Source: an uncultured Hormoscilla sp. (GTDB taxonomy: Bacteria > Cyanobacteriota > Cyanobacteriia > Cyanobacteriales > Desertifilaceae). Taken from it: DNA of 64,000 nucleotides. The translations under genes were made by a program, and so were the position numbers. Under the pieces are notes generated by a model. That model had not been told where the DNA came from. It searched no databases and saw only the letters and a program-made list of their open reading frames with translations. This document shows, in pieces, positions 21,534 to 32,893 of this stretch. Every line of letters begins with the position of its first letter. The first letter of the stretch is position 1. The stretch covers positions 6,432,001-6,496,000 of the forward strand of contig OZ001293.3 in NCBI GenBank assembly GCA_963921275.4, in the 5' to 3' direction.

Positions 21534-22178
21534 TTAGTTAAACCGGATTACCGATTCAGTTTGAGTCAAATGGGAAGTATCCCCATTCAATTCCATGAAC
21601 CATTTTGCCTCCTGACGTACCACTTTCACCAAGCAACATAGGGTCCCATTGATATCCGTGGTGGCCAGAGCAGACACTAATCCCATTGTCATCCCGATCA
21701 CAGAGGCCCCGTGTCCCACGAGCAGAATATCTCCAGTGGACTCAGCAGCCAAAATTCTGGCAATTTCTCCGGCCCTTGCCATACAATCACGTTCAGTTTC
21801 GGGATATTTTGGTTTTATCCTAGAATGATAGCCCATGTCAATCCTGGGGAATTGGGCGGCTAAAGCTTCGAGGGACTGGGTTTCTGGATCGGAGTCCATC
21901 CAATCAGGATTCAGCCATTCACACAACCCCCACTCCAGTTTTAGCGGTAATGAGAGTGTTTCTGCTACTATATGTGCGGTTTGTGTGGTGCGCAAGAACG
22001 GAGAGGCAAATATCCCAGAGATCCTCGAGTCTTTTAGACGCTGCGCTAGCTGCTGTGCTTGCACTAGACCATCGGCAGACAAGGGCGGATCGTAGGGACG
22101 TTCGGCCCCGTTGAACCATCCGGGGTTGACGAAGTCTTCTCGGTTGGCATGTCGGGCTATCCAGACTGTTTGAGACAT
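21534..22178 (-). CDS. Histidine phosphatase family protein
   Basis: ARHANR, SPFLRT, LLVGHG. Confidence 0.9.
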   Translation of the reverse strand: MSQTVWIARHANREDFVNPGWFNGAERPYDPPLSADGLVQAQQLAQRLKDSRISGIFASPFLRTTQTAHIVAETLSLPLKLEWGLCEWLNPDWMDSDPETQSLEALAAQFPRIDMGYHSRIKPKYPETERDCMARAGEIARILAAESTGDILLVGHGASVIGMTMGLVSALATTDINGTLCCLVKVVRQEAKWFMELNGDTSHLTQTESVIRFN

Positions 22179-22334
22179 AGTTAGGACTATCAGCTTAGGG
22201 CGATCGGCTTCTATTCTAGCAATTTCCTAAAAAATTACCAACTTGAAATTAAAAATTAATAATTTAGTTGTCAGTAGTCAGTAGTCAGTGGTCTTAGAGA
22301 TAGGTTGTCAATTTACAACCTACAACTTACAACT

Positions 22335-22775
22335 TCAGATGGTCAAATATGTTTCTATCGGGCCATCGGGCAAAACCTGCAATCTTTGGTTTTTCAAGTC
22401 TACCTCAATTCCCAAGGCTTCCATGGGAATAACGCCCAACAGTGGATTACTTCCCTCTGGTAGTTCCAGACATTCAAAGGTTCCCTCTCGTCCTTGTAAG
22501 GATATTTTTACATCTTGAAAAATGCGTGCCTGACTAATGCCAGTAGCAGTTTGGACAACCACTTCTCTCAGTATTGTCACACCTAGTTGAGCAATAATAT
22601 TCGCTGGCAAGCACAAGGTTGTGGCTCCCATATCCACCAAGACGTTATTTACGGTAACAGACCGTACTTGGTCAGGTGCAATCAGGCCATTTTCAGCATT
22701 AGCCTGATCTATCCGATTTGTGACCGCTAGGGTCGTCGTAACTTTTCCCATTGATTGTTTGGTAGTTGTTTTCAT
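22335..22775 (-). CDS. Clan AA (retropepsin-like) aspartyl protease family protein
   Basis: Probable start MKTTTK at 22775; LVDMGATTLCLP and PLLGVIPMEALG. Confidence 0.75.
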   Translation of the reverse strand: MKTTTKQSMGKVTTTLAVTNRIDQANAENGLIAPDQVRSVTVNNVLVDMGATTLCLPANIIAQLGVTILREVVVQTATGISQARIFQDVKISLQGREGTFECLELPEGSNPLLGVIPMEALGIEVDLKNQRLQVLPDGPIETYLTI

Positions 22776-22859
22776 GATTTGATTATAGCTTGTTTCTCTG
22801 TAAAGGACAAGATCTTTGTGAGGCGATCGCCCTTGACCATCAGCCACACTAATAACGTA

Positions 22860-23461
22860 TAGTACCATCAGGCATAATTGCTCCGGACAGGTTAGCGCTT
22901 TCCAGGTTGGCACCCTCCAGGTTGCTACTCGCCAGGTTAGCATTCGACAGATCCCCATTCGCAGTAACTGACTGATGGGAAGATTATACCAGTAAATTCC
23001 CTTCCTTGTGCCCAGCAGGGCGATAAAACTGAGAGTAGTCAGTAGGACTGAAGCCAATTTTCTGGGTTGGGTTTCTGACTTTTCTGACATAGTGCGATCG
23101 CCTACAACATTAATTGGTTTGAGGGCTGACAGGGCAATATCAGCATTAGCATAGCGCTGTTTCACCTGGGGAGAGGTCATCTTAGACCAGTCAATGAAGC
23201 TGGGACTGAGTTGGCCTGCTAATTCCTTTAAGTTAGTAATGTCAACAGAATCGGTGCCCGTCAGTAAGCAAATTAATGTCGCCCCTAAACTATAGAGGTC
23301 TGAGGCTGCCGTGAGGACCCGCTCGAACATTTCTTCTGAGGGCATAAAGCCTGGTAAGTGATGCGCCCTCCCGACCAGTTGCGCCCCAGTTCTCTAATTA
23401 TCTCATAGCCGTGGCCGCAAAAGTCAGGATATTTGGATATTGTTGATTGGAGATTCGGCAT
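22860..23461 (-). pseudogene. Ser/Thr protein kinase with a pentapeptide tail, largely deleted
   Basis: YEIIRELGRN..GGRITYQA joined to ASDLYSLGATLICLL; the catalytic core is missing. Confidence 0.7.
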
Positions 23462-23542
23462 TTTATATTCTGTTTTTAACTTGCGTTTGATACGATTCAA
23501 GACTGAGTATTTGTGACAGAAAGTTTCGCAAAGTTTATTCCC

Positions 23543-24121
23543 TCATGAGTTCAATCCTGGTACCTTTTCATAGATATCTGCCATCGGGCAGCAAAAGTCA
23601 ACACTTGCCAAGTGGACTTCTTCTCCGGGACCGTAGGGATAGAGAACCCAGCGTCCCTCTGCATTCAGGCGGAAACATTCTACCCTCATCCGTTTTTGAG
23701 ATATCAACACATACTCTTGCAGAGTTTCTATGAGTCTGTAGTTGGCAAATTTGTCACCCCTGTCGAAACCTTGAGTTGTGGGTGAGAGGACTTCCACAAT
23801 CAGGCGAGGGTAGCGAATGAACTGTTCGTCAGGATTTCTGTCGTCCCTGGCATCACAAGTCACCTTCACATCGGGATAATAAAATACATCAGCTGCTTCA
23901 ACTCTCACTTTCATGTCTGACGAGTAGACACTGCACCCAGTACCCCGGACATGGCTTCTCAACATTGCTAGCATATTGACTGCGATCTTATCATGGGCTT
24001 TGCTTGCCCCTGACATCGCATATACTTCCCCTTGTCTGTACTCGTGCTTAATGGGACTGATTTTCTCACCTTCTAAATATTCCTCTGGCGAGATGTAGGT
24101 ATCGCTTTTACTCGCAATCAT
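23543..24121 (-). CDS. Uma2 family endonuclease
   Basis: KHEYRQGEVYAM, YYPDV, IVEVLSP. Confidence 0.9.
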   Translation of the reverse strand: MIASKSDTYISPEEYLEGEKISPIKHEYRQGEVYAMSGASKAHDKIAVNMLAMLRSHVRGTGCSVYSSDMKVRVEAADVFYYPDVKVTCDARDDRNPDEQFIRYPRLIVEVLSPTTQGFDRGDKFANYRLIETLQEYVLISQKRMRVECFRLNAEGRWVLYPYGPGEEVHLASVDFCCPMADIYEKVPGLNS

Positions 24122-24244
24122 CTGGTTGGCCTCCTCTTCTATTCTACCCGATCGCCTCATCCTTTGTCAATATCTCGTTCCCAGGCGGGCACCTGAGAAC
24201 CTCCTTCTCAACTCTCCATAAACCGGCGTTCTTTTTTCATTTTA

Positions 24245-24817
24245 TCATGAGTTTAACCCTGGTACATCTTCATATATATCTGCGAGCGGGCAGCGAAAGT
24301 CAACACTTGCCAAGTAGACTTCTTCCCCTGGACCGTAGGTATAGAGAACCCAGCGTCCCTCTGCATTCCGGCGGAAACATTCTACAGTCATCCGTTCTTG
24401 AGATATGAGTACGTATTCTTGGAGAGTTTCTATTAGTCGGTAGTTCGCAAATTTTTCATCCCTGTCGAAAGCTTGCGTTTTGGGAGAGAAGACTTCCACG
24501 ACTAAGCAGGGATAGCGCTTGAAGTATAGAGAATCTTTGTCCCGTGCATCACAAGTCACCTTCACATCTGGATAATAAAATACATCTGCTGCTTCAACTC
24601 TCACCTTCATGTCTGGCGTGTATACACTGCACCCAGTACCCCGGACATGGCTTCTCAACATTGCAAACAGATTTACTGCGATCCTATCATGGGCATCACT
24701 TGCCCCTGACATCGCATATACTTTCCCTTGCCTGTACTCGTGCTTGATCGGACTGATTTTCTCACCTTCTAAATAGTCCTCTGGCGAGATGTAGGTATCG
24801 CTTTTACTCGCAATCAT
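24245..24817 (-). CDS. Uma2 family endonuclease (recent tandem duplicate)
   Basis: Nearly identical to 23543-24121. Confidence 0.9.
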   Translation of the reverse strand: MIASKSDTYISPEDYLEGEKISPIKHEYRQGKVYAMSGASDAHDRIAVNLFAMLRSHVRGTGCSVYTPDMKVRVEAADVFYYPDVKVTCDARDKDSLYFKRYPCLVVEVFSPKTQAFDRDEKFANYRLIETLQEYVLISQERMTVECFRRNAEGRWVLYTYGPGEEVYLASVDFRCPLADIYEDVPGLNS

Positions 24818-24849
24818 CTGGTTTGGATCCTTGACTTTTTCTCTATTCT

Positions 24850-25144
24850 ACCCGATCGCCTATTGCCATTTTCAATTTTCCATTCTCAATTTTACTCTTA
24901 ATCCGATCGCGACCATCAATAGCAGACTTAAAATCAGGCTTAATATCAATTGCCTTTTCATAGTAAGGGATCGCCTCTTCATGTCGTTGCGCTCTAGCAC
25001 GTAACCACAGCCATACCAAGACTCACAGTCATTTTGTTTCATTTCCAGAGCTTTCGAGTAAGCCAAAGCAGCTTTTTCATAGCAATGTAATTCTTCGAGA
25101 GTATTGCCCAGTTTATACCAAGACCGATGTACGATCGGCTTCAT
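24850..25144 (-). pseudogene. TPR protein fragment
   Basis: WYKLGNTLEEL..YSKALE; frameshift near 24990. Confidence 0.6.
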
Positions 25145-25250
25145 TATTTTGGGGCGGGGAAGAAGTAACTTGGCGATCTAAGGCAGTAAGTACCTTGGAC
25201 TTTGAGACCCGATCGAGTTACAGGATATTCATCCAAACTACCAGCAAACC

Positions 25251-25545
25251 ATGAAAGTAATTGAGCAAACGCCCATTCGCCTGACACTCCGTGCTTACCC
25301 CTGGAGTGCCTGGATCGTTGGCAGCATTTGGCTTGCTATCGGACTCTATTTCTTGTTTGTGATATTTATAGGCGCGATCGCACTTTTTATCGGACTTCTC
25401 TATCTCCTGCTTGTCGCTCAAATCGAAACCTGCTATATTGACAAAATTCTGGGATTAGTAATCTTGACAGAATATGGATTGTGTGGTACAAAAGTCAGAG
25501 AATATGCGATCAAGGCGATCGGGACAGTAGAAGTAGAACAGTACA
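25251..25545 (+). CDS. Hypothetical two-TM membrane protein, exon 1
   Basis: MKVIEQTPIRLTL, a hydrophobic hairpin, then VEVEQY plus one base before the intron. Confidence 0.8.
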
Positions 25546-26379
<834 letters not shown>

Positions 26380-26564
26380 AAACCCGCAGCAAAGGTCATA
26401 CTAGGGTTGGCTACCGCACAGTAATAGTGCTGAAAAGGGGCGATCCCGTACCTGTTACTGTTCGCTACAAAAGTTGCAGCAAAAGTCAACAAAAAATAGC
26501 CGATCGCATCCGCGCCTTTATCCACCGCACCCATCACTTGACGGGACAAAATGTCGTGTCGTAA
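26380..26564 (+). CDS. Hypothetical membrane protein, exon 2 (spliced product 159 aa)
   Basis: In-frame continuation KTRSKGHTRVGYRTVIVLKRGDPVPVT..QQKIADRIRAFI..*. Confidence 0.75.
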
Positions 26565-26833
26565 GGGCAGTACAAGTATAGCGCCCCGTTAAACATCTCA
26601 GCCAGACTTTCTCCCTAAATGGCCTTGGCCTCCAAGGTCGCAGCCTGCGAATACGCGCCCCTTAACAATAGAGATATTTTATCCAAGAATAACTTCGGAA
26701 CTCCCGGGATTGACTGAGTCAATCCCGGGAAAACTCATTCATTTCCAGGGGGAACTGTTTATTTCCAAGAATAACTGAATCATGCCACCGAGTCCGAGAG
26801 TCATTCAGTGGCGTCACAACCTTTTGCTTTGAC
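26525..26833 (+). repeat. About 300-bp dispersed repeat; inverted copy at 58068-58367
   Basis: Direct comparison of the two segments; both contain an internal palindrome. Confidence 0.85.
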
Positions 26834-27080
26834 CTAATCCAAGATTACCTCAGGGCAGTTGAGTAACTCCAAGGCCAGAGCAAGCACCTCCAATGCCGGA
26901 GTAAGATCAGGAGTGTAGTCTGGCGCCCATTGGCAAAAAGAGCCCCTCCAGCCCCCCCCCTTCGGCTAACGCTCAGGGACCACCCCCCGCTAGGGAGCGC
27001 TCGCCGGCCACTGACCAGGGGTGTAGTCATAAGTAGTTAATAGCCGGGTGCATCTCAGATACATATATAGCCCGCGCCGG

Positions 27081-27210
27081 TGGTCCCTGAGCGTGGTCCC
27101 TGAGTGTGATCCCTGAGTGTGATCCCTGAGCGTGGTCGAAGGGAAGTCGAAGGGAAGTCCAAGGGAAGTCGAAGGGAAGTCCAAGGGAAGTCGAAGGGAT
27201 CCGAAGGGTT
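27081..27210. repeat. 13-bp (TGRTCCCTGAGYG) and 11-bp (CSAAGGGAAGT) tandem repeats nested in a REP-like element
   Basis: Directly visible; an uninterrupted version of the host element lies inverted near 41935-42040. Confidence 0.8.
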
Positions 27211-27347
27211 CATGTAGCCGGACCCTAAAGGGTTCGGGCCGCTCAAAAAAAAATTCAGAGCCGCACCCATAATTAGCGGATATATGATATATACTAATAG
27301 TAGGCCCCTGCGAGGGGATAACCGCTAATAAAGCACATAGAGAAATT

Positions 27348-29948
27348 ATGGCTATATTCAATGTTAGTACAGAAGCAGAACTCTCCCAAGCCATTACCGA
27401 TTCCAGGAATAATGGTATGTCAGATACCATTAACATCATGGGAGATATTACCCTGACCGGGTTGCTACCTCATATTGAAGAAGACGTCGGTCTCACGATA
27501 GAAGGAGACAACAACGTCATTGATGGCAACAACCAACACCGGCTGTTCTTTGTCCTCGACGGTAAAGTCAATTTCAACGAGCTGATCTTTAGGAACGGCC
27601 GGGCCCAGGGAGGTAATGGCGTCAGCGGAGCAGCAGGCATGGGCGGTGCCCTGTTTATCTATGACGGGACCATCACTGCGACCAATAGCACTTTCGAGAA
27701 TAATAGCGCCATTGGTGGCGACGCCGATTGCATCATCAAGATTGATTCTGCACTATCTAGTGGCAGTCTAGTAGGTGGTAATGCTAACTTTATCACTCCT
27801 ATTCCTGCTAATGATGGCGACGACGGCAAGGACGGCAGCGAGGACGGCGAGGACGGCGATTTCGGCGGCAACGGCGGCGACGGCAGCAGCTTCGGCGACG
27901 GCGGCGACGGCGGCTTTGGCGGCAACGGCGGCAACGGCGGCTTTATAGACTTTTGCGGCGGCCGCCGCTGCGGCTTTGGCGGCGGCGGCAGCAGCGGCAA
28001 CGGCGGCTTCGGCGGCTTCGGCGGCGGGGGCGGCATCGGCAACGGCGGCGGCGGCGGCTGCTTTGGCGGCGGCGACGGCAGCGACAACTTTGGCGGCCGC
28101 GGCGCGGGCATGGGCTCCGCCATATTCATTCGCTCAGGCACACTTGAGATTTCCAACAGCAGTTTTAACAGCAATATCGCCTTTGGTGGCACTGGCTATA
28201 ACTCCGGCCAAGGTCTGGGGGGCGCCATATTCGCCCTGCACCGCCTCACCAATACCAACGGGAACAACCAAGGCATGCCCGACGCTCTGCCGACCGTACT
28301 CTTTAGAAATAACCTAGAGTTCTCGGGTAATATAGCCGGAAACGTAAATGGAAATACCATAGACCTTAATAATATGGATGGGGTCGAGCCGGGAATCGCT
28401 TCCCGACCCTCCCTTGAGGAACCGGACTTGCGATTTTCACCGCATCCGGCTACTGGGTACTAGGCCCTTTTCATAGGTAGACTTAATAGGAATTACTTCC
28501 GTTAGCCCTTGCCGCCTGTCTTTTCTTCCCTTTCCTGGTTTAGCGAGTGGTTGTTCTGATAACCGTTAGTATCACCATTTTCAAGTCAGTTTTACCAGTT
28601 ATCCATACCTTATCCTCCACTTGCGTTTCGGATTAGTTCCGTGGCTTTTTAGGATTACTCATTCCAGCAGCTTCCTAGTATCACCGACCCACGTCAGCGC
28701 TGGCTACCCAGCATCATCTACATTACTGTAGATGTTATCCCAGGAATTACCCCGGGCATTCGCTTCTTGGGCCATCCCTTGAGGAACCGGACTTGCGATT
28801 TTCACCGCATCCGGCTACTGGGTACTAGGCCCTTTTCATAGGTAGACTTAATAGGAATTACTTCCGTTAGCTCTTGCCGCCTGTCTTTTCTTCCCTTTCC
28901 TGGTTTAGCGAGTGGTTGTTCTGATAACCGTTAGTATCACCATTTTCAAGTCAGTTTTACCAGTTATCCATACCTTATCCTCCACTTGCGTTTCGGATTA
29001 GTTCCGTGGCTTTTTAGGATTACTCATTCCAGCAGCTTCCTAGTATCACCGACCCACGTCAGCGCTGGCTACCCAGCATCATCTACATTACTGTAGATGT
29101 TATCCCAGGAATTACCCCGGGCATTCGCTTCTTGGGCCATCCCTCCCCCCGTGGCTTGCGCTTAACATCTAACTTGTCCTGATGGACAGCACACGAGAGG
29201 TTACTTCGTTCCCTAACAACATTTCGCGATACCTTTAGGTCCACACTATACCCCGGGAGCTATTTGAGTACTATATTAGCCAGAGTCTAAAACTAATACT
29301 AGCTACCATTTCTTTTTTAGGCCAGCGCATATAGCCTTATTTCGCTGGTTCCTTATAACGAGGCTTGCACATGTTTGCCTGCTCTAACCTTGGATATCTT
29401 TCCTAGCGGCGTCACCGGCTTAGGCTGCCAGTTATCCTACATTTGAGTCCTCGCTTAGCACCACGATGATGTCGCTTCGTAGCACCGAGGACCGGTGTCA
29501 CCCCCGTACCTGGGGGGAGGGGAATTTAACCCCCATGCGGTCAGAGTTCCCGGCTAATGAAACCGGGCTAGCGTTCCGTGTTTGACCACGTTAGGCTAGA
29601 ACGAATCGCACAGACTCCATTGGGTTAACAGGAGAAGATGAGAGGAACCTACTTGTCGGCGGCAGTGGAAATGATACCCTGATCGGCGGAAGCCGAGGAG
29701 ACTACCTTATCGGAGGAGAGGACGCCGATATTTTTGTTCTGAGGCCAACCACGGGTGCGGATCTCATCGTAGACTTTGAAAATGGCACGGACTTGATACG
29801 GCTAGCAGAAAGTTTGAGTTTCAATGATTTGGAAATCGTCCCTCAGGGCCAAAACACAGTGATTAACTATGAAGAGAAAACCATGGCCACTTTGTGGGGG
29901 ATTAATTCAATCCTGATTAATAGCGATGATTTTGCCATGGTAAATTGA
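27348..29948 (+). pseudogene. Glycine-rich secreted protein with an RTX/calcium-binding C-terminus, interrupted by an antisense intron
   Basis: Joining 28375 to 29612 gives ..DLNNI DSIGLTG..VGGSGNDTLIGG..GGEDADIFVL..DLIVDFENGTD..* ending at 29948. Confidence 0.85.
28376..29611 (-). mobile_element. ORF-less group II intron, antisense to its host gene, with a 365-nt internal tandem duplication
   Basis: GTGCG at 29611; domain V present twice; ends CCCCATCC at 28376. Confidence 0.92.
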
Positions 29949-30104
29949 AGTTTACCACGATACCTCACGAGCCGCCCCCGTTGCGCTGCGCAGCGCATGC
30001 GGTGCCTTCCGGGTTTCGCCGTGCGTCCGGAAGGCATTGTAAGTTGCCAGGCAATACGCTACGCTATTCTATAATTTTCTTTGTTGATGTATAACAGCAG
30101 GATA

Positions 30105-30473
30105 ATGACAGAAGCTCAGAATGTGGTGGGAGGAAAGCTCCAAGTTTGCTGCACATCTCCCATGACTGGATTTTATCGCAAGGGGAAATGTAACACGGGC
30201 GCAGGAGACTTAGGCGTGCATGTAGTCTGCGCCCAAGTAACTGAGGAGTTTCTGGCCTTTACCAAAAGGCAGGGCAACGATCTCAGTACCCCAGTTCCAG
30301 AGTATAATTTCCCTGGTCTCAAATCGGGCGATCACTGGTGTTTGTGCGCCTCTCGGTGGCAGGAGGCACTGGATGCTGGCGTGGCGCCACCAGTAGTCTT
30401 GTCAGCAACCCATGCAGCAGCCTTAGAACATGTCTCGCTCAAGGATCTGAAGAAACACGCTATTGATGATTAA
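30105..30473 (+). CDS. DUF2237 family protein
   Basis: NVVGGKLQVCC..PMTGFYR..WCLCASRW. Confidence 0.88.
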   Translation: MTEAQNVVGGKLQVCCTSPMTGFYRKGKCNTGAGDLGVHVVCAQVTEEFLAFTKRQGNDLSTPVPEYNFPGLKSGDHWCLCASRWQEALDAGVAPPVVLSATHAAALEHVSLKDLKKHAIDD

Positions 30474-30586
30474 CGTTCATGTCCTACTAGGCAAATCTAC
30501 CCCGCAAGTATTCTTGAGCATAGTTCATAGTAAGGACTTCAGTCCTGGCGCGAGGAAGTAAGCACGAAGAGTGCTTACTACGAACA

Positions 30587-30976
30587 TTAAGCTAGGGTTT
30601 CCGGGCAATATCCCAATCCTTGCACAAACTGCTGGCGAAATTCTTCGATCTCGCAGCGATCGGGACTACCGTGGGAGACTACCGCCACCTGGTAGCGACG
30701 CATCACATTAATGGGCAACTGTCCTGTTTCTAAGCTCCACAGAGCCATCTGCACCCGGATTTCCGGTTGGTAAGGGAACCCTACTTCGTTCAAGTAAGCC
30801 CGAAAATCTCCCTCTTCCTGGGCGTCTAGTACTTGAGCTAGTTTGATTTTCATCACCCACCCGTCTATCTGATGGATCACGGTGACGAAGGCTACTGGTA
30901 GTCGGCGCGTAGCATGTAGATACTCAATTATTCTCAGAGTTAGACTGGCGTTGGGGAGGTAGTAAGTGTATTCCAT
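30587..30976 (-). CDS. Conserved cyanobacterial hypothetical protein
   Basis: Clean 129-aa ORF, NASLTLR..GLGYCPETLA. Confidence 0.8.
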   Translation of the reverse strand: MEYTYYLPNASLTLRIIEYLHATRRLPVAFVTVIHQIDGWVMKIKLAQVLDAQEEGDFRAYLNEVGFPYQPEIRVQMALWSLETGQLPINVMRRYQVAVVSHGSPDRCEIEEFRQQFVQGLGYCPETLA

Positions 30977-31185
30977 ATTCTTTTCTTGGCGACCAAGCTT
31001 AACACCATATTTATATTCTCCCTACTAGCTGTCACACCATGTTGGGGGAAAGCACCCGGATCCTATGGGGAGATTCCCCCAATTTTGGCTATTGGAGATC
31101 GCTGACCGTTCGTAGTAAACGCTTTAGCGTCTGCCGGGTCGGGCAATAATAGCATATATAGTATGATGGCAGGAATTTTACGCCC

Positions 31186-32277
31186 GTGTTGTCCCCCGAT
31201 CGCTCTAATTTGGACTTAACTTTAGCCAGTTACGACTACGATCTGCCGGAGGATCTGATTGCTCAGAATCCGGTGACGCCCAGGGATAGTTCTCGCTTGC
31301 TGGTGGTAGACTCCCCTACTCATCATCAGCACCGGTACTTTCGCGATTTGCCAGACCTCCTCCAACCAGGAGATTTGCTAGTTCTCAATGATACTCGCGT
31401 TCTTCGGGCTCGACTCTACGGTCGCAAAGATACGGGTACGCCTGTAGAAGTTTTGTTACTAGAACCCCGTCAGTCAAACTGCTGGCTAGCTTTGGTAAAA
31501 CCGGGCCGACGCCTGAAACCTGATGCAACGATTATCTTCACCCCTTGTATTAATATTGACAGAAGACTGAAGGCGACAGTGGTGGCTACGGATACGGATA
31601 CTGCGGGGCGGCTATTACAATTTGAACTTCCACCTGGGACTGACCTGGAGCAGTTGCTGCCCGATTTCGGTCATGTGCCGTTTCCACCCTATATTACCGC
31701 ATCTCAGGCCCTGCCAGAACAGTATCAAACTGTCTATGCACGGCAACCAGGCTCCGTGGCTGCACCGACTGCGGGGTTACATTTTACTCCAGAATTGTTA
31801 AAAAGGTTGCGACAGCGGGGAATTGAACAGCGGTATGTGACGCTACATGTGGGCGTCGGTACTTTTAGACCTGTGGAGGTAGAAGATGTGACTAGCCATC
31901 AAATGCATGGGGAGTGGATCTCAGTACCGGAAACAACTGTAGCACAAATTCATCAGACTCAGGTTAGAGGCGGGCGGGTGCTGGCGGTGGGGACGACGGT
32001 GGCGCGATCGCTGGAAGGGGCTGCCCATTCAGGAGGACTGGAAGCCTATACTGGTAAGACGGAGTTGTTTATCTATCCGGGCTATCATTGGCGGGTGGTA
32101 GATGGGTTGATTACTAATTTCCATTTGCCCCGTTCTAGTTTGCTGATGCTGGTTAGTGCTATGCTGGGACGCGACCGCTTGCTGCACCTGTATCGTGAGG
32201 CGATCGGCCACCAATATCGCTTCTATTCTTTTGGCGATGCGATGCTGATTTTGCCTGATGCCTGGAAAATTATCTGA
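31186..32277 (+). CDS. queA: S-adenosylmethionine:tRNA ribosyltransferase-isomerase
   Basis: AAPTAGLHFT, TLHVGVGTF, TNFHLP, YRFYSFGDAM. Confidence 0.97.
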   Translation: MLSPDRSNLDLTLASYDYDLPEDLIAQNPVTPRDSSRLLVVDSPTHHQHRYFRDLPDLLQPGDLLVLNDTRVLRARLYGRKDTGTPVEVLLLEPRQSNCWLALVKPGRRLKPDATIIFTPCINIDRRLKATVVATDTDTAGRLLQFELPPGTDLEQLLPDFGHVPFPPYITASQALPEQYQTVYARQPGSVAAPTAGLHFTPELLKRLRQRGIEQRYVTLHVGVGTFRPVEVEDVTSHQMHGEWISVPETTVAQIHQTQVRGGRVLAVGTTVARSLEGAAHSGGLEAYTGKTELFIYPGYHWRVVDGLITNFHLPRSSLLMLVSAMLGRDRLLHLYREAIGHQYRFYSFGDAMLILPDAWKII

Positions 32278-32369
32278 AAAACTGATTGCGAATTGCCAAT
32301 TGAGAATTGAAAAGTGCCAATTAAGAATCTACCATCTAATATCAAGTCTGGGTAATTACCCACAACCCG

Positions 32370-32541
32370 CGAAACCCCGCAGCCATGGCCCGCGCTAACC
32401 TGGGTTTGAGTCTTTATCGACAAGGCGATATCGCGCAGTACTCTTCAGACTGCTAGGGATTTATTTCAACAGCAGGGCAAGTCCCGACAGGTCTCGCGGC
32501 TTAACCGGATTTTACAACAACTCAATCGGGCTGACGAATAA
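32370..32541 (+). pseudogene. TPR protein C-terminal remnant
   Basis: ARANLGLSLYRQGD..LQTARDLFQQQG, with a frameshift. Confidence 0.45.
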
Positions 32542-32893
32542 GGATGAACGGGTAGGAAAGAAGGAACAGCCCCGATCGCCTATGGACGAAGATCTCATTT
32601 CTGACGATCCAGATTTTTCGGACCGTCTGCGGGCCGATCGGGGCTATACACCAATGGATAACATCCCCAAGATACCATAAGAATTCACCAAGGTTAGCGG
32701 TCAGTTGCTAGAGGTCAGTTGTTAGCGGTCAGTTGTTAGCGGTCACTGGTACCTGTTGGGCCTGGTACGCGGTCACTGGTCCCCGGTCACCACCGATCGC
32801 CAGTCACTACCCTTCGCTATCGATAAACGATGCCCATCCTACAACTTAATATAGTAGGGTAAAGTAAGTGAGTATTCTGGGATAGTAAGTGCT

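Noticed and set aside
22335..23345. 336-aa kinase-protease fusion protein
   Set aside because: Chance read-through from a decayed kinase, partly out of frame, into a separate protease gene.
27659..28317. Pro-rich, Ala-rich and Arg-rich ORFs
   Set aside because: They are alternative frames of the GGC-rich glycine tract in the gene at 27348.
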